From NCBI RefSeq assembly GCF_009914755.1, contig NC_060942.1: 64,000 bases of DNA. One strand, given 5' to 3'. A program made the position numbers and the translations under genes. Shown here piece by piece: positions 1 through 13,692 of the stretch (position 1 is the stretch's first letter; every line of letters starts with the position of its first letter). The stretch comes from the human T2T-CHM13v2.0 reference genome, Homo sapiens. Below the pieces are notes generated by a model. The model was not told the origin of the DNA. It did not search any database and worked only from the letters and a program-made list of their open reading frames with translations.

Positions 1-764
1 AGTACCTTAATAGAGTTCACCCTGCTGATATTGTTATTTTTATTCTGCAGGGGAAAATATATTAATAGATTTAGAAAATGTAAATAGTCCCTGAAAAATG
101 TCATGAGTTAAAGCGTGTCCAAGAGTCAGCTGATTCTTAGTCCCACAGCCAGTTCCAGAATAAAATGTCAGTAGGTATTTTTAAAGATAATTATTTGCTT
201 TAAGTCTATTACTCACTTTCTCGTCATCAGTTTCAATGTCCACAATAGTAAGAAACACATGCATTTCATAAATTTATAGTAAGGCATGACATGTAGAGTG
301 AGTGTTTATTATAAATATTTTGAATGAATGAATAAAAGTTCCTAATTCCTGATCCAAATGTTTATTTTGTAACTCCGCTAAACTCTCAGCTAAGGAGTTA
401 ACATGTTGCACCCATCAGTTCTTTCCACTATCCATCCCTGTTTATGAAAACGCTCAAGACCTTCACATGGTGCTGTATTAAAATGATCACCAGCCAGGCC
501 TCTTCCCCTTCCATTGTGGCATGGGTCCCTCAGTGTCCCATCTTTTATCACTTGATTCTGGTTCTGTCTTAGATCAGCTAGTGTCAAATACATATTAGCC
601 AATGTCAGTGCAACTGTGCTGACGTCTGATAGCCAATATTTTGTCTGATGCCATCAGTAAGAGTAAAATATCCAGCTGAACTAGGTAGCCTGTTTCCTTC
701 TCCCCATGCCCACCACAGGACTGAGTACTTCGGAGACTAAAGTAGATTCTGAACCACACCACTG

Positions 765-1465
765 AGATTCTAGCTCCTTATTTTGCCTGCTGAAGGAGAT
801 CAAAAAGGTCACACTCTCTCTGTCTAAATCAGTTCCCTTTCCTACCTAGAAATTAAGAATAATAATGTCTATATAGTAGTTCTTGGTTATCCATGGTTTC
901 ATTTTGCCCAGTTTCAGTCACCCACAGTCAACAGCAATCCAAAAATATTAAATGGAAAATTTCAGAAATAAACAATTCATAAGTTTTAAATTGTGTACCA
1001 TTCTGAGTAGCATGATGAAATCTTGTGTCATCTCACTCTAAGGGTGAATCATCCCTTTTTCCAGCATATCCACACTGCCTATACTACCCACGTGTTAATA
1101 ACTTAGTAGCCATCTGCGTTGTTGCATTGACAGAACACAAGGGAGAATATACTACAATAAGACATTTTGTGTGTGTGAGAGAAGAGACTATATTCACAAA
1201 ATTTATTAAAGTATATTGTTATCATTGTTCTATTTTATTATTTTTGCTAATCTCTTATTGTACCTAATTTATAAATTAAATTTTATCACAAGTATGTGTG
1301 TACAGGAAAAAACATGATATATATAGTGGTATATACAGGGCTCAGTACTATTCAAGATTTCAGGCATCAATTGGAGGTTTTGGGATGTATCCCCCAGGGA
1401 TAAGGAGGAAATATTGTACCTATAATCAGAAGGCTAGTTAAAAAATATTAATGCTTGTGAAATGT
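765..1465 (+). mobile_element. Degenerate MIR SINE split by the MER44 insertion (pieces ~765-873 and ~1417-1465)
   Basis: MIR core-like 'tcagttccctttcctacctagaaattaagaataataatgtcta' resumes after MER44 as 'cctataatcagaaggctagtt...taatgcttgtgaaatg'. Confidence 0.45.
874..1416 (+). mobile_element. MER44 (Tigger7-derived TcMar non-autonomous DNA transposon)
   Basis: Decayed TIRs 'tagtagttcttggttatccatgg' and 'cccccagggataaggaggaaatattg', TA on both sides; MER44 internal 'aaaatattaaatggaaaatttcagaaataaacaattcataagttttaaattg'. Confidence 0.85.
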
Positions 1466-3926
1466 ATGTGCAACATGATATACAAACCCAATGTTACTAT
1501 TTGTTGTTAGAGTTTTTGCCTCCTAGTTCGTAAGTGAGAATGGCGTATGGTTTTATTTTTGTGGTATGTATGTGTGTATGTGTGTGTGCTTTAAGTTTTA
1601 AGCAATCTGACATAAACTGGAATCTTTGGGATCTTTTCTATGGCCTGAAATATTTGAATGAATTAAAATGTATCCTAGAAAATTAGAACTCATTCTAATA
1701 TTGTCTGTTCTTGGTGGCATTAAGATGGCAAGTATTCAACGAAAGTTGTCTGTAGTTTTATTTTTTTAAATCTATTTAGATATTTTGCCTCTTCTGGAAG
1801 CAATTTATTTATATTTTATCTTTATTTATATTTTATATTTTTATTAAAAATCAACTCAATTTTTAAATTTATAAATGTAAATTCACATGTAATCTTTTGT
1901 AATTAAATGACTTCTTTATTTGAGGGTCAGAGAAAAATCCTATTTCTAATCACACATAATACATATATAAAATTAACATATTATATATTTCATAATCAAA
2001 GATCTATTTGTTAGTTTTTGGAGAACAAGCTTTATTAATCAAATATGTTTTTAATTTCATTGTCATATTTGTTAATCATCAATGGTGTTAATTTTCTTCT
2101 ATTTTCTCCTGGTTAATATTGTTATTATATATATAGTGGCTTAGTTGATGACAGCATAATTTATTTTCAACTTTTTTTACTTAGTAATACAAGTTACAAG
2201 GTTACACATTTTCTTTTGATTAAATCTTTAGCTACATCTCTAAATCTTGATCTAAAATGCAAGGGTTATTTTGAAGAAAGAATTTGTTAAGTCACATGGT
2301 GATTACTATCTGGTTCATGTCTATCTGTGCAACATTGTTGTCAGAGAATTTAGACTGTCTGCTCTCTACTTTCAAGAAGGTATTGAGGTTTCCAGTTTCA
2401 CTAAGGATACAAGAGCTTTTAAATCTTTCATATGCACAAAATTATGTGTGGTCTTGATTTGTTGACTACAAAATAGTTATATCTGATAGACTGAGTGTAT
2501 TAGTTCTGCAATTGAACTTCCATATACCCATATTTAGGTTCTGTCTCTTTGGTCTTTTAATTAGCATAAAAGTGCATTAAACTTTTCTTTATGACTGTGG
2601 TTCTATCATTTTTCTTTATATCTAAGATAGCTTGCCATCTATGTTTTACTGATATTTTCTTTGGGCTATATTATTTTGTATACCTAAATGATAATAATAA
2701 TAATAATAAATATCATGATTATTACAACCTATACTCATTAATTCCATTCTTAGACTTCTATTGTCTTTACTGTAAGAAATTTCCCAGTTTCTTGTTCCCC
2801 CATTACAAGTACTTCATTCAGTTCAACTTAATGCTGACATTTATTCTCTCAGCTATCCACCCATTTAACTATCACATCACTCAATATTTTTCACTTTCAT
2901 CCGAAACAATGCCCCAAATGAGGACACTTATCTCCTGTTCTCATGTACTCTACTTCTGATCAGGTATAATTGTAAATATCCAATACACCGCTTCTGTCTT
3001 CATCTTTTCTATCCAATCCAAGTTTGATCTTCACCTCCTTCTCAGTTCTTTCAGTTATGACCTTTTGTCCCCATTCCTCATATTAAATATTCCAAACCCT
3101 CTGTAATCTTCCCACTCTTAAACCCCATTCTTGTCACCTATACTGTTAGCGGATGCCACAACTTCTAAACTAGCTGAGGATATTTATACTATCTAAAATG
3201 AACTGTCTTTATTTCTATCTTGTCCACTTAAAATCTCAGCATATTGGTTACCTTTGTCCCTTTTCATTTCTGCTACTTCTGAGAAAAAAAAAAAACTTTG
3301 TATTCTTAACTCTTTGCCCATTTCTTCTCAGTTAAAACCTTCCCCACCTTTTCACTTTTTGACAATCTCTCCAACTCTTCTGGATCTTCACATCAGTATG
3401 CTCAAGATTTTGTGATCCTATTATTTAATTTATACTACTGTTTTGTATTCTGTTGTTTCATTGTACTATGTATATTTTATTACTTAATTGGAAACTATTT
3501 CTGATGTTCTTATCACTAGAATGGCAGTATCAGCTCAATGTTTCTTCTAAGCTTCCCACTTAATCAAATTACCCAAAGTTACCTCTCCTTAAATAGGTAC
3601 TGGCTCATATCCATTCTTTCTGCCTGGGCCTTCCTATTGTCTTTATTCCATTAAAATCTTTCCCAGCTGAAGTTAAAGTTGTTAAGAAGAGTATTAACTA
3701 GAAGTAGGAAAAGTAGAAATCCAAATGTTAAATTCTTAATGCAATGTGTGATCATGTCCAATAAACTTTTTTTTCTTGTGAAACAGGAATATCAATAACC
3801 ACAGTGTCGCATTGTCTTAGAGAAAGATTTTAATAAAATGCTGTAGGAATGTATTATCATTTTCTGACATTATTATTTTCTACTTTTGTGGTTACATGTC
3901 CATTTCTTTAAAATATTATATACATA

Positions 3927-3936
3927 TGTGTGTGTG

Positions 3937-3967
<31 letters not shown>
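3927..3967. repeat. Interrupted (TG)n microsatellite
   Basis: Direct reading: tgtgtgtgtgcatgtgtg... Confidence 0.95.
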
Positions 3968-3969
<2 letters not shown>

Positions 3970-5748
3970 CTCCACTTTCTCAATAAAGCATAGGGAACAA
4001 TGCCACTGCTTGTGAGTCCTTTGGCAGTAATCTTTCCGTCGGACTTATGTGAATGGCATGTCATTATGTTAAGTTTTCTTTCCTAATAGACTTCCTTCTG
4101 TGCCCTTCATACCAACCCAGATTTCTTCATACATTTATCAAACTATTTTAGAGTTATTTCTTCACACACCGCAATTGGGAGATTCCTGAAACCAAAACTA
4201 AGTACATTCAAATTTGTATTCTTAGGAAATAGAGTAGCAAAGTTAAGTGTCAATAAATATCTGTTGAATGAACCTTGGCAAGTCTATAGCCACTCTTTTT
4301 CAGGTAAGGGAAGAAGACTGGAATGTTGTGAATCCCCAAATGTAGGATCCTCACTTGAAAAATGTAGCACATTCCCATCAACGGGGTGTTACCCCATCAT
4401 CTCCTTGAGCTCCATTATCTCCTCGAATTCCATTATCTTCATTCACCTCGCTCTTCCACTGATCATCTGAGCTAAAATAAAGTAGGATTTTTTAAAAAAC
4501 ACACTTTTTTTCAACTTACACCTAAAAAAGTGCAACTGCTTCTTTCTCTAAAAAGCAAAACAAGGAAAGAATCTCCTTGAAGCTCAATTTCTCCCATAGA
4601 GCTACAGAATGCCCACTGAAGTTGTGTATGAATGCATAAAACCCTGCCAGAGGGTATATAGAGTTTTTTATCTTTATTCCTTTTGTTGTGTTTTACAAAT
4701 TGTTCAAGGCCCTGTGGGCCCAGTGTCTGAGAGAAGAGGGAGGACTTTTGAGTCCTTTCCAAATCCTCATTGTAGGGTAGCGGGATCCTACTAGGAGATT
4801 TCTTCAGCAAAATTTTCTTCATATTTGACCGACTGAGGGTGCACTATCCCTGAGCTCTGGCAATCCAGTTTATAAGGCTGCTTGTGGCAGTTGAGGTTCA
4901 AAAACAAAGCTGTGGGTAGAAAAAGATCCGAAAGTTTCAAAGGCAAAAGCAGCTTTCTGAAGTTTTCTAACATGTCTGTAGGAAGTAGAGAGGGAGTAAC
5001 GCTGAGAATACCCTGCAAATTATACAAAGGAGACTTGAAAAGCTCCAGTATGTCAGTTTTCAAAAGTCCTCCTGAGGCCGAGAGACTGTGAAATTCTCAT
5101 GTATGTTGATTTATGCAGTGATTTGCTTTGACCCCAGGGAAAGCTGCTTTATGGTTTGGACATCTATGCCTATCCACCTTCCCACCTATCTGTGAGAATC
5201 GCCGAACAAAATGTGCAAAGGGAAAATGAATGGAGCAAAAAATAAAGCAATCACAGAAATAATAAATACTCAATTCAAAAGTTAAACTTTATTTTTCTTT
5301 GTCCCTGTCTGAAAATTCCATGCACAGTGGGCCATATATTCTACCACAAACTTTATCCAAAGCTGATTTTGTTATACACTTGGATTGCTAAAAAACAAAA
5401 CAAAAAAACAAAAAACACAAAAAAAATTGATACATTTTCAACAGAGATTGAGAAGGGCATTTTGGTTGAACAACCTCTTCCTATCTTTTGGCCTAGTCAA
5501 ACTTAACCACTTTTTAAGACTTGCCTAATTCACCTGCTTTCTGGAACATTTTATGACCACACTAGTTCACAATTTGGCCATCTTCAAAGTCCCAATTTAC
5601 CTATTATCTGAAACATGTTTAGATAATTAATCAAATGATAACTAGTTGACATTAATTGCATTTCATATCATTGTTATTTTACATTTTTGCCTGTGACTTC
5701 TGGTGATATTTACATTTTAAGACTTCTTGGGCACAAGATATAACATTT

Positions 5749-6164
5749 TGTACTAAAAAGTCTGGCCCCATTTTCTCGATTTCTGACTTTTGAGAGCTTT
5801 TAAACTTCACCACTCCCTTTTCTACTTCTACCCAAAATTGGGTAAGTTGATAAGAGAGTCTAGATCCTCCCTCCTTTGGTTCAGATAGGATTCAAATTAT
5901 GCAACCACCGGCCCCCACAAGGAAATCTCCACTTCCATCCTACCCCTTAATCACAATAAAACTCCCAGCCTGTGTTATATTCTTGCTCACTCAAGCCATT
6001 TTCATACCAACATGGGAGGCCTTCTCTCCTTTCCCCAGGAAGCCTCATTATGTCAGTAGTAAACCTTTTCATGACCTCTTAGTGTATGTTTGAAGTTATC
6101 AATTTTGACATCTGAAACAAATTATGGGTTAACTCTATTCTCCCTATGTGGAGAGATTCCAATA
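5749..6164 (+). mobile_element. Solo ERVL-class LTR, MER54-like (subfamily tentative)
   Basis: Starts TG; motifs 'ggtaagttgataagagagtc..cctccctcctttgg', 'ctcaagccattttc', 'gaagcctcattatgtcagtagtaaaccttttcat' resemble the recalled consensus. Confidence 0.6.
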
Positions 6165-6484
6165 TCTTTCCTAGTACCTTGTCTTCAGGCTAATCATACA
6201 GAAAGTGCTTAATATTTACTTTTTAAATGCCTGTCTGAATGACTGTCATCTTCTTCAATTTTCTTTAGCAAACTGGAACTCAAATATTGGTAAGAGGGTA
6301 TTAGTCAGTTATTCAGCCAGTTCCTCAGTTACTCAACTATTAAATGAGTCATAAAAATAGTCTTTGGTCTTCTCTTTGAAAAGCATCATATAATGAATAA
6401 GAAAAACTAAGAAAAAAGTAATAAAACTATAATACTGACTTCAGTATTATAATAGTATATATACTCACTATAATACTGACTTCA

Positions 6485-6831
<347 letters not shown>

Positions 6832-7216
6832 AGAAAATACGTTTGCCATCTTGAGTCTCAATTTTGATGTGCAATAAAGTTGCGTCGGATCTAAGAGTAA
6901 GGAAATATGGGCTGGAGGCTGAGATTCTCACTTGCTAATGCAAAAATGTATGTCTATCAGGAGTCATGCTTTATATATTTTATCATTGAAAAAGGTATTT
7001 AGTAAGTATTTGCATATTTGCTTTTTTATAATCTCTTTCTAAAAGCAATTTGGAGATGTTTCTATTTTTTTAAAAATAATTGTTGAATATTCATCCACAA
7101 GCCCATGAGGTAGGTAAGGCAGCTGAATTCAGAATACATGGCTGCTGAGAACCAGAGAAGTCATGAATTGCCCAAGATCAAAAAGCAAACTTTCTGGTCT
7201 TTTGATACTTAGGCAA

Positions 7217-7608
7217 TTTTATGGACCGAATGCTTATATCCCCCCAGAATGTTTATGTTGAAGCCCTAATCCCCAATTTGATGATACTTGGAAGGTGAGG
7301 ACTTTGGGAGGTAATTAAATTAAGTAATGACAGTGAGATCCTTATGATAGGAATAAAGCCCTTATAACAAGAGGAAGAGACACATGATTTCTCACTGCAT
7401 TCACCTACATGAACCAAGGGAAGACCATGTGAGCAAATAACATGAAGACGCCTGTCTGCAAATCAGGAGGAAGTCCTCATCAGACATTGAACCTGTCAGC
7501 ACCTTGATTTTGGACTTCTCAGTTTCCAGAATTTTGAGAAATATGTGTTTGCTCTTTAAGCCACCAGTCTGCAATATTTTGTTCTAGAGGCCCCAGCTGA
7601 CAAAGACA
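7217..7608 (+). mobile_element. MLT1A-family MaLR solo LTR, inserted in a degenerate minus-strand MIR
   Basis: 'tatggaccgaatg...gttgaagccctaatcccc...gccaccagtctgcaatattttgttctag...caaagaca'; perfect 5-bp TSD GGCAA at 7212-7216 and 7609-7613. Confidence 0.88.
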
Positions 7609-9699
7609 GGCAAGAATCTTCCCTTTATGGGACACTGCTTTCTCAGAAGCAATGTTTATATGAAAATTGAGTTATAAGATATTCATGAGTTGTCTGATAT
7701 GTAAGTGCTTTGGAAAGGGTAAGTCATATATTTACTTATGTTCTGTTCACATGATATTCATGGAGTCCAGGTCCTGTTGGTGCCTACCCTCAGTGCCTAG
7801 CATGAATCTCAGTAGGTTACTGTTGAAGTGAATGAGGACGACATGCCTTGTGGAAAACAAAAACGACAGCAAAGATTCTAAACTAAAATTACCCTATACA
7901 ATTATTCACTGTATTTATTTAAAGATACACTCCTTCTTTTAAACAAATTATATGTATGTATACATGTGTACGTGTGTTTCTTCAGGAAGCTACAGAATTA
8001 AGATAGGGGAGATGGGGAGAGGAAGAAGAATAGAAAGAGAGAGAAAATTTGTAGTGTTTTTGTTTTGCCTAACATTTATATGGACTTCTCCTAGTTATCT
8101 TTGTGAGAGAGATTCACAGTAGTAACTGATGTAAACCTGAACCAAACATAAAACAAAAATCAAACAACAAAAAACCATGCAGGTAGTTTTTGTCCAGGTC
8201 ATTTAATAACTTTTCATAAATAGCATTCACAATGAGCAATGGAAGTTTACATCCTACTTTTTCTTGGGATAGGAAATTTATATGATTGGGAAATTTGTTG
8301 ACAGGGCTATCTAACCATCTCAGATTAGATAAATCAACTTCAAATGATTGGCAGTGTTTTCTTATAATCTGCAAAACGAAACTCTGGCTAAACGAAATTC
8401 TGGCTAAACATTATTTTTAAATTTGCATCAACTCTTTGGGGGCACAAATAGATATCAACTCCCTCTTGACTCTTAGGCTGGGGTCCAACCACCTTGTCCC
8501 CTTTTGCACTGAGCTCATCTGGCCACTGCTTACTGCCCATGATTGGGAACCATTTTCTCTGCTCAACGCATGCACTGGACTGGTTCATTCTTCAGAGCAG
8601 TTGGTTAAGAATAATGATAATGATTTAGATTCCAGTGGGCAGTAAATATAAAATAATTAATCGTTAAGTAGCTTCATGAATGTAGGAGACTGCCTGCTAA
8701 CCATGTGGGGAAGGAAAGGTGATTGAAGCATGCTAAAAAGTACAAGCAAAGAGAATTAGACTGGATAAAGTGAGGCAATAGGTTTTTTAATTCCTGGGAC
8801 ATAAACATTGGACCAAAAAACTTGAAAATGGATAAATGAGAAATTTGATTCTGTGACAGGAAAATTACATGTATGCAAATATGATACAGTTAACATACTT
8901 CAAAATGGTGCAAAAAGTGAAGTAGAAGGCTTCTTCTTGGATCAGTGTTTTGACAATAACAAACATAGATGCACCCAGAGATTGCTGAATCTACTAGCTA
9001 TAATTATTAGATTATGAACTCTTCATTCAGAAATAAAACTATACATTTTTAAAACCATAATTATTCAGAGAAACCATGCATTTTGTTGCCCTGGCAAGAG
9101 AAAGGTTATTTTTGCAGGGCATAAAAGACCAAAGGATATGGCAAGCATGGCTGCTATAAAATGGAAACAATAAATAAACCAATTCCTTGACTCCAGTTTC
9201 CACGTTTAAAATGTTAAAACATAAAGTTAGAAATATGACATTTTTCTGTTTTCTATGCTTGGCTTTGCTTCCTAATGTGGCTCCAATATCCCTTAGGACA
9301 CATGTGTGTTTCACGCATGTGGTATCTCCAGGGCCTTTCTCAGTGCCCTACATGAGGAAGCTGCTCAGTAAATGTCTGTAGGTGACAATGCTGGCAGATA
9401 CAACTGTTTAGGATCAGGTTCACTAATATCTTCAGGACTACAAAGATTTTAGTCATCATTTATTTAAAAGATGTAGCAGCTTTAGCGAAAGCTCTTCTAC
9501 AGCTTAAAGAACTCAGAATGTAACCCCCAGACCCAGTGATATCATGATAGTTTTTCAAAGAAGAGTTTTACAGCTGTCTTTGCTGTTTCAGAATCCAACA
9601 GTAAATCCTAAGAGGAATATCTCATTTTAAGGACCTTCTTCCAGACCTTACTTAGGACCCATCAACTGGGAACATTCAAGGGAATCCACATACAACACA

Positions 9700-10000
9700 G
9701 CCAGTTTCAAAATGCAGTGCTTTTGAGAAACACAGATTACTGGGCCCACCTCCAGAGATCTCAAGAGATCTTTCTTTTTGACAAGTGCCAAGGTAAGTCT
9801 GATGCGAGTAATTCATGTTGAAACAAATACGAATGCAGACTCTTTATAAGCCCCCTTGAATCATCTGTGCAATTAAAAAAAAAAAGCTGCTGTCCCACCC
9901 CCAAAGACTTTGTTTTAATTGGTTTGGGGAGAACCTCCTACCATCTTTGTAAAAGCCCATGAGGTGATTCTAAAGTGCAGCTAAACTTGAGAATAATTTG
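9700..10000. mobile_element. MER5-family (hAT-Charlie) fragments
   Basis: 'cagattactgggcccacctccagaga', 'cccacccccaaagactttgttttaattggtttgggg', 'ggtgattctaaagtgcagctaaacttgagaa'. Confidence 0.6.
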
Positions 10001-12689
10001 AGTCCTCTTGAATGTGAGGCCCTCTGACAGCCAGAGCAACCTCCCAGGAAAAAAATTTCATTAACTAAAACCCAGCAGTATCTATCTCTGTGGAATCAAC
10101 ACCCTTAATCCAGTATGTGCTTAAATAATAAGAGACAACTTCACAGAGAGGTGTTATGTGTCCCCAGGAGAAACCAGCTTTCATTGACACAAATTAAGCC
10201 CTAGACAACTACCGTGACTGTTTTTCTTCATGCAACCACAGTTCTACCCTCTTCTGCCACCACTGAATGATCCTAGGCCTGCTAAGCACACCCCTGACCT
10301 CCCTGCACTCAGCTGGCTCTGTCCCCAGGGCGTTAACATGGCTCATCTCCTGAGGCATCATTGTGTTGCATAGCACCAAACGCTTTGCTTGTGGAGTGGA
10401 CCCTTTCCCCTCCTACCCCAGCCCTCTGAAGCTTTTACTTTGGAATTCGGACTCCTGAGCAAGTCTCTAACAAGGCACTGAATACACTGAGTCTGAGGTC
10501 AGAGCCTGAGTCCACCAGTGGTGGGAGGGTTTGCCATGTTCTATGGCCCCGGCTCTTTGACCCTTCCCTTAAGTTGACTTGGTCTGCCATAAATCAAGTT
10601 GCTAATCCTTCATACCTGAACCACTGCTAAAGTAGCTACTCTTAATCCTTTGACTTCAGCTTTTCTTCCAACCTACTCCTTTCCCATTAGTCAAACTTAC
10701 TAAAATACCACTATTTATTAAATCTATTGCTTTTTCAAAAAAGTTTGGGGCCCCACATGCCTGTATAATATAGCCATGCTTTTGCTGTGCAGCCTAATGT
10801 TTAACACTGGTTTCTTGGAGTCTTATTCTGCCCTCCAAACCTGAAAGAACAGTGTGTGATTCCAGCAAGCCCTCAATCTCACTGTCCCTCAGACACATGG
10901 AAGTCCCTCTTTCCTTGCTCACAAGCTTCCCCTCCTGAAAGCACATTCTCTCCCTTGTGCCTGGTAGAATGTTACTCACCTTTCAAGACCCTGTTCACAG
11001 TCCACTTGGCCTATAATACCTCTGATCTCATCAGTCCATAGTGGCTTTTTAAATCCTATAATGATTGTTTTCCTACCATTCACTGGACTTATAATACTGT
11101 GTTCTGTGCTCAGCTCTCTGGAGGTGGCCATATAATCTGCCTGACCTGCTTCTTTGTTTGCTTTTGTGTATACCCAGAAAGTAATTTCTAACTGACTAAT
11201 TAGTAGACTGATTGATAAAGAAGCTAAATAAAGTTATGCAGAAATTTGTATGTAGTTAAAGCCAAAGGCAAGTGTTGTGGCTTTATGATAATATATTTTC
11301 ATCTGTCGGTGTTCAAGGCCCGAATGGAGATCCTAACAAGGAAAAATTTTTTTTTTCTTTTTCTTAAACAAAGAGAGCTGACCTCACTCAATTACCTCTC
11401 TCTCTTCTCTCTGTGCCGACATGGGGCCCAAAGAGAGGTCTGAGTTCAAACACATGAAAAGTGCTTTGAAATGTCACTTGTTCACAACATCTGAGAAAAT
11501 GCTGCCTTCTTTGCCCCCTACCAGTGTAATCAACTGTAATTTCAAATCAATATCTTGCCTCACCATGGATTGCTTTGTAAATCTGGTCTTCTTCTTGTTC
11601 TTTTTCTGCCTCATTACTTATCTTCGTCACCTACTGATATTAGTTGCTCCAGATACTAATGCAATTTTCCTGGCATGTGAAGTAGATTCAGCTCTTTGAC
11701 AGTCAGATCTGAGTTTTCCAGCATGTTACAGAAAAGATTTATTTTCTGGCTATTTGTTCTAGACTTTCAAGTCCATTAAACTTAGTTAGAAAATGGAAAC
11801 TCGTCTTCACATTGAGCTGGGGACGGTGCTCCAAATTAAAAGATTTCCACTGATCCCCACGGAGTCATTTCAGGGTGAAAGAGTGTTTAAGTCGACCATT
11901 TTAGAACATACTGGGGATAAGTTGAGAGAAGGATTGTCTTTCACCAAATTGATTTTCTGTTCTTGCATTATTTATTATTGTCTAAATTTATGTGGAAACA
12001 TTGCCTCTCTTTTCTTGAGTGACTTCTCATCCATTTCTAAATTTTTATTGTGGCTGTGCACTAATTTGGCATTTTCTGAATGCTCTTTGTCTTTCCTGGG
12101 GCAAGCTCTTCCTTTTCCTACCTCTAGACTAGGGTTTGCTTGGTCTTGCCCCCTTCAGGAAGTGCCCTGGATTACTCAGTCTCCCACTCACCTTTCTCTT
12201 ATCAGAACTTCTATAGCTATTATGAATCTTGTCTGAATTCCTGGGTTTAACATTGTATAACATTGTCTCTTCTCGTTCTCTCCTTATCTCATACATTATA
12301 TCTAGTGTTCTCACCTGAACTGTGCTTTGTTTATCTATTCATTAGTCACAGCTCTATTAAACTGGTATCTGGTGACTCTATACATAGTCTTACAATTATT
12401 ATAATAAATTAGGTTTATTATGCTTTACACGTGCAGCATGTCCCTCAAATAGATGGTAAGCTCACAGAAGGCAATAAATAAACAGTTTCTTCTTAATTAT
12501 CTCCTGAATCCACGAATTTTTATCTCCCTTCACTGCTATAGCCTCATCCAGGGTACATGATCTCTCATAATGAGCATCCCAACAGCCTCCTAGAGGGTCT
12601 TCCTAAATCCATCTCCTATATTCCCCACCCTGCCTCTGGAGGAAAATTCAGAAACATAAATTTGATTTTATTCTCTCACTCTGTGGACA

Positions 12690-13416
12690 TGTTCATGGGA
12701 AAACATGAATGAACTTTGAAAACTTTATGCTAAGTAAAATAAACCAGACACAAAAGGACAAATACTGAATAATTCCAAATATTGAATCATCCACTTATAT
12801 GAAGTACCTAGAACAGGCAACTTCATAGAGACAGAAAATAGAAAAAAGTGCTATGGGCTGAATGTTTGTGTGCCCCCCCCCCCCACCTCACTAATTCCCC
12901 AAGGTAATGGTATTAGGAATTGGGGTCTTTGGGAGGTAATGAAGAAGGCATCCTCATGAATGACATTAGTGCCTTTATAAAAAAGGCCTGAGAGAGAAAC
13001 CCTAATTCCCTCTGCCATCTAAAGACATAGCAGGAAGGTCTATGAGCCAGAAAGCAGGCCCTTACCAGACAGCAAATCTACCTTAATCTTCAACTTTCCA
13101 TCTCAAAAACTGTGAGAATAAATTTCTGTTGTTTATAGCCTACCCAGTTTATGGTGTTTTGTTATAGCAGCTCAAACAAACTAAGGCAAGAGGTTACCAG
13201 AACTGAGAGAAGGAAGAAATGGAGAGATATTATTTAATAAATACAGAGTTTCTGTTTAAAATGATGAAAAAGTTCCAGGAATATATAGTGGTTATGGTTA
13301 TATATTAATAATATTGTGAATGTGCTAAATACCACTGGTGTACATGTCCAAATAGTTAAGATAATCAATTGCATATTTAATAAATAAATTAAACCAATTG
13401 ATTATAAGAAAAAAAT
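12690..13416 (+). mobile_element. L1MB-type 3' end fragment, split by MLT1A0
   Basis: 'aactttatgctaagtaaaataaaccagacacaaaaggacaaatact', 'catagagacagaaaataga|gaggttaccag', 'atgatgaaaaagttccagga'. Confidence 0.8.
12849..13188 (+). mobile_element. MLT1A0-like MaLR solo LTR
   Basis: TG...CA termini 'tgctatgggctgaatgtttgtg' and 'gttatagcagctcaaacaaactaaggca'; 'ctgtgagaataaatttctgttgttta'. Confidence 0.88.
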
Positions 13417-13484
13417 TGCACACTCAGTGGCCTTCGTATACTGTTCTTACCATGGCCTCAAGCCCTGGTGGGTCTGGCCTCTAC

Positions 13485-13692
13485 TTTTTTTTAATTTACC
13501 TGGGTACATAGTAGGGGTATATATTTTGGGGGTACATGAGATGTTTTGATGCAGGCCTGCAATGTGAAATAATGACTTCATAGAGAATGGGTTATCCATT
13601 CCCTTAAGCATTTATACTTCGTGTTTCAAACAACCCAATTATACTTTTAGTTATTTTAAAATGTACACTTAAGTTATTATGGAATATAGCCA
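13485..13692 (-). mobile_element. L1MA (L1MA1-3-like) 3' terminal fragment
   Basis: T-run then 'gggtacatagtagg..ggggtacatgagatgttttgat..gcaatgtgaaataat..gagaatggg.tatccat'. Confidence 0.8.

Noticed and set aside
1900-3600. Probable very old L1M and L2 remnants
   Set aside because: Too diverged to assign family or boundaries without an HMM search
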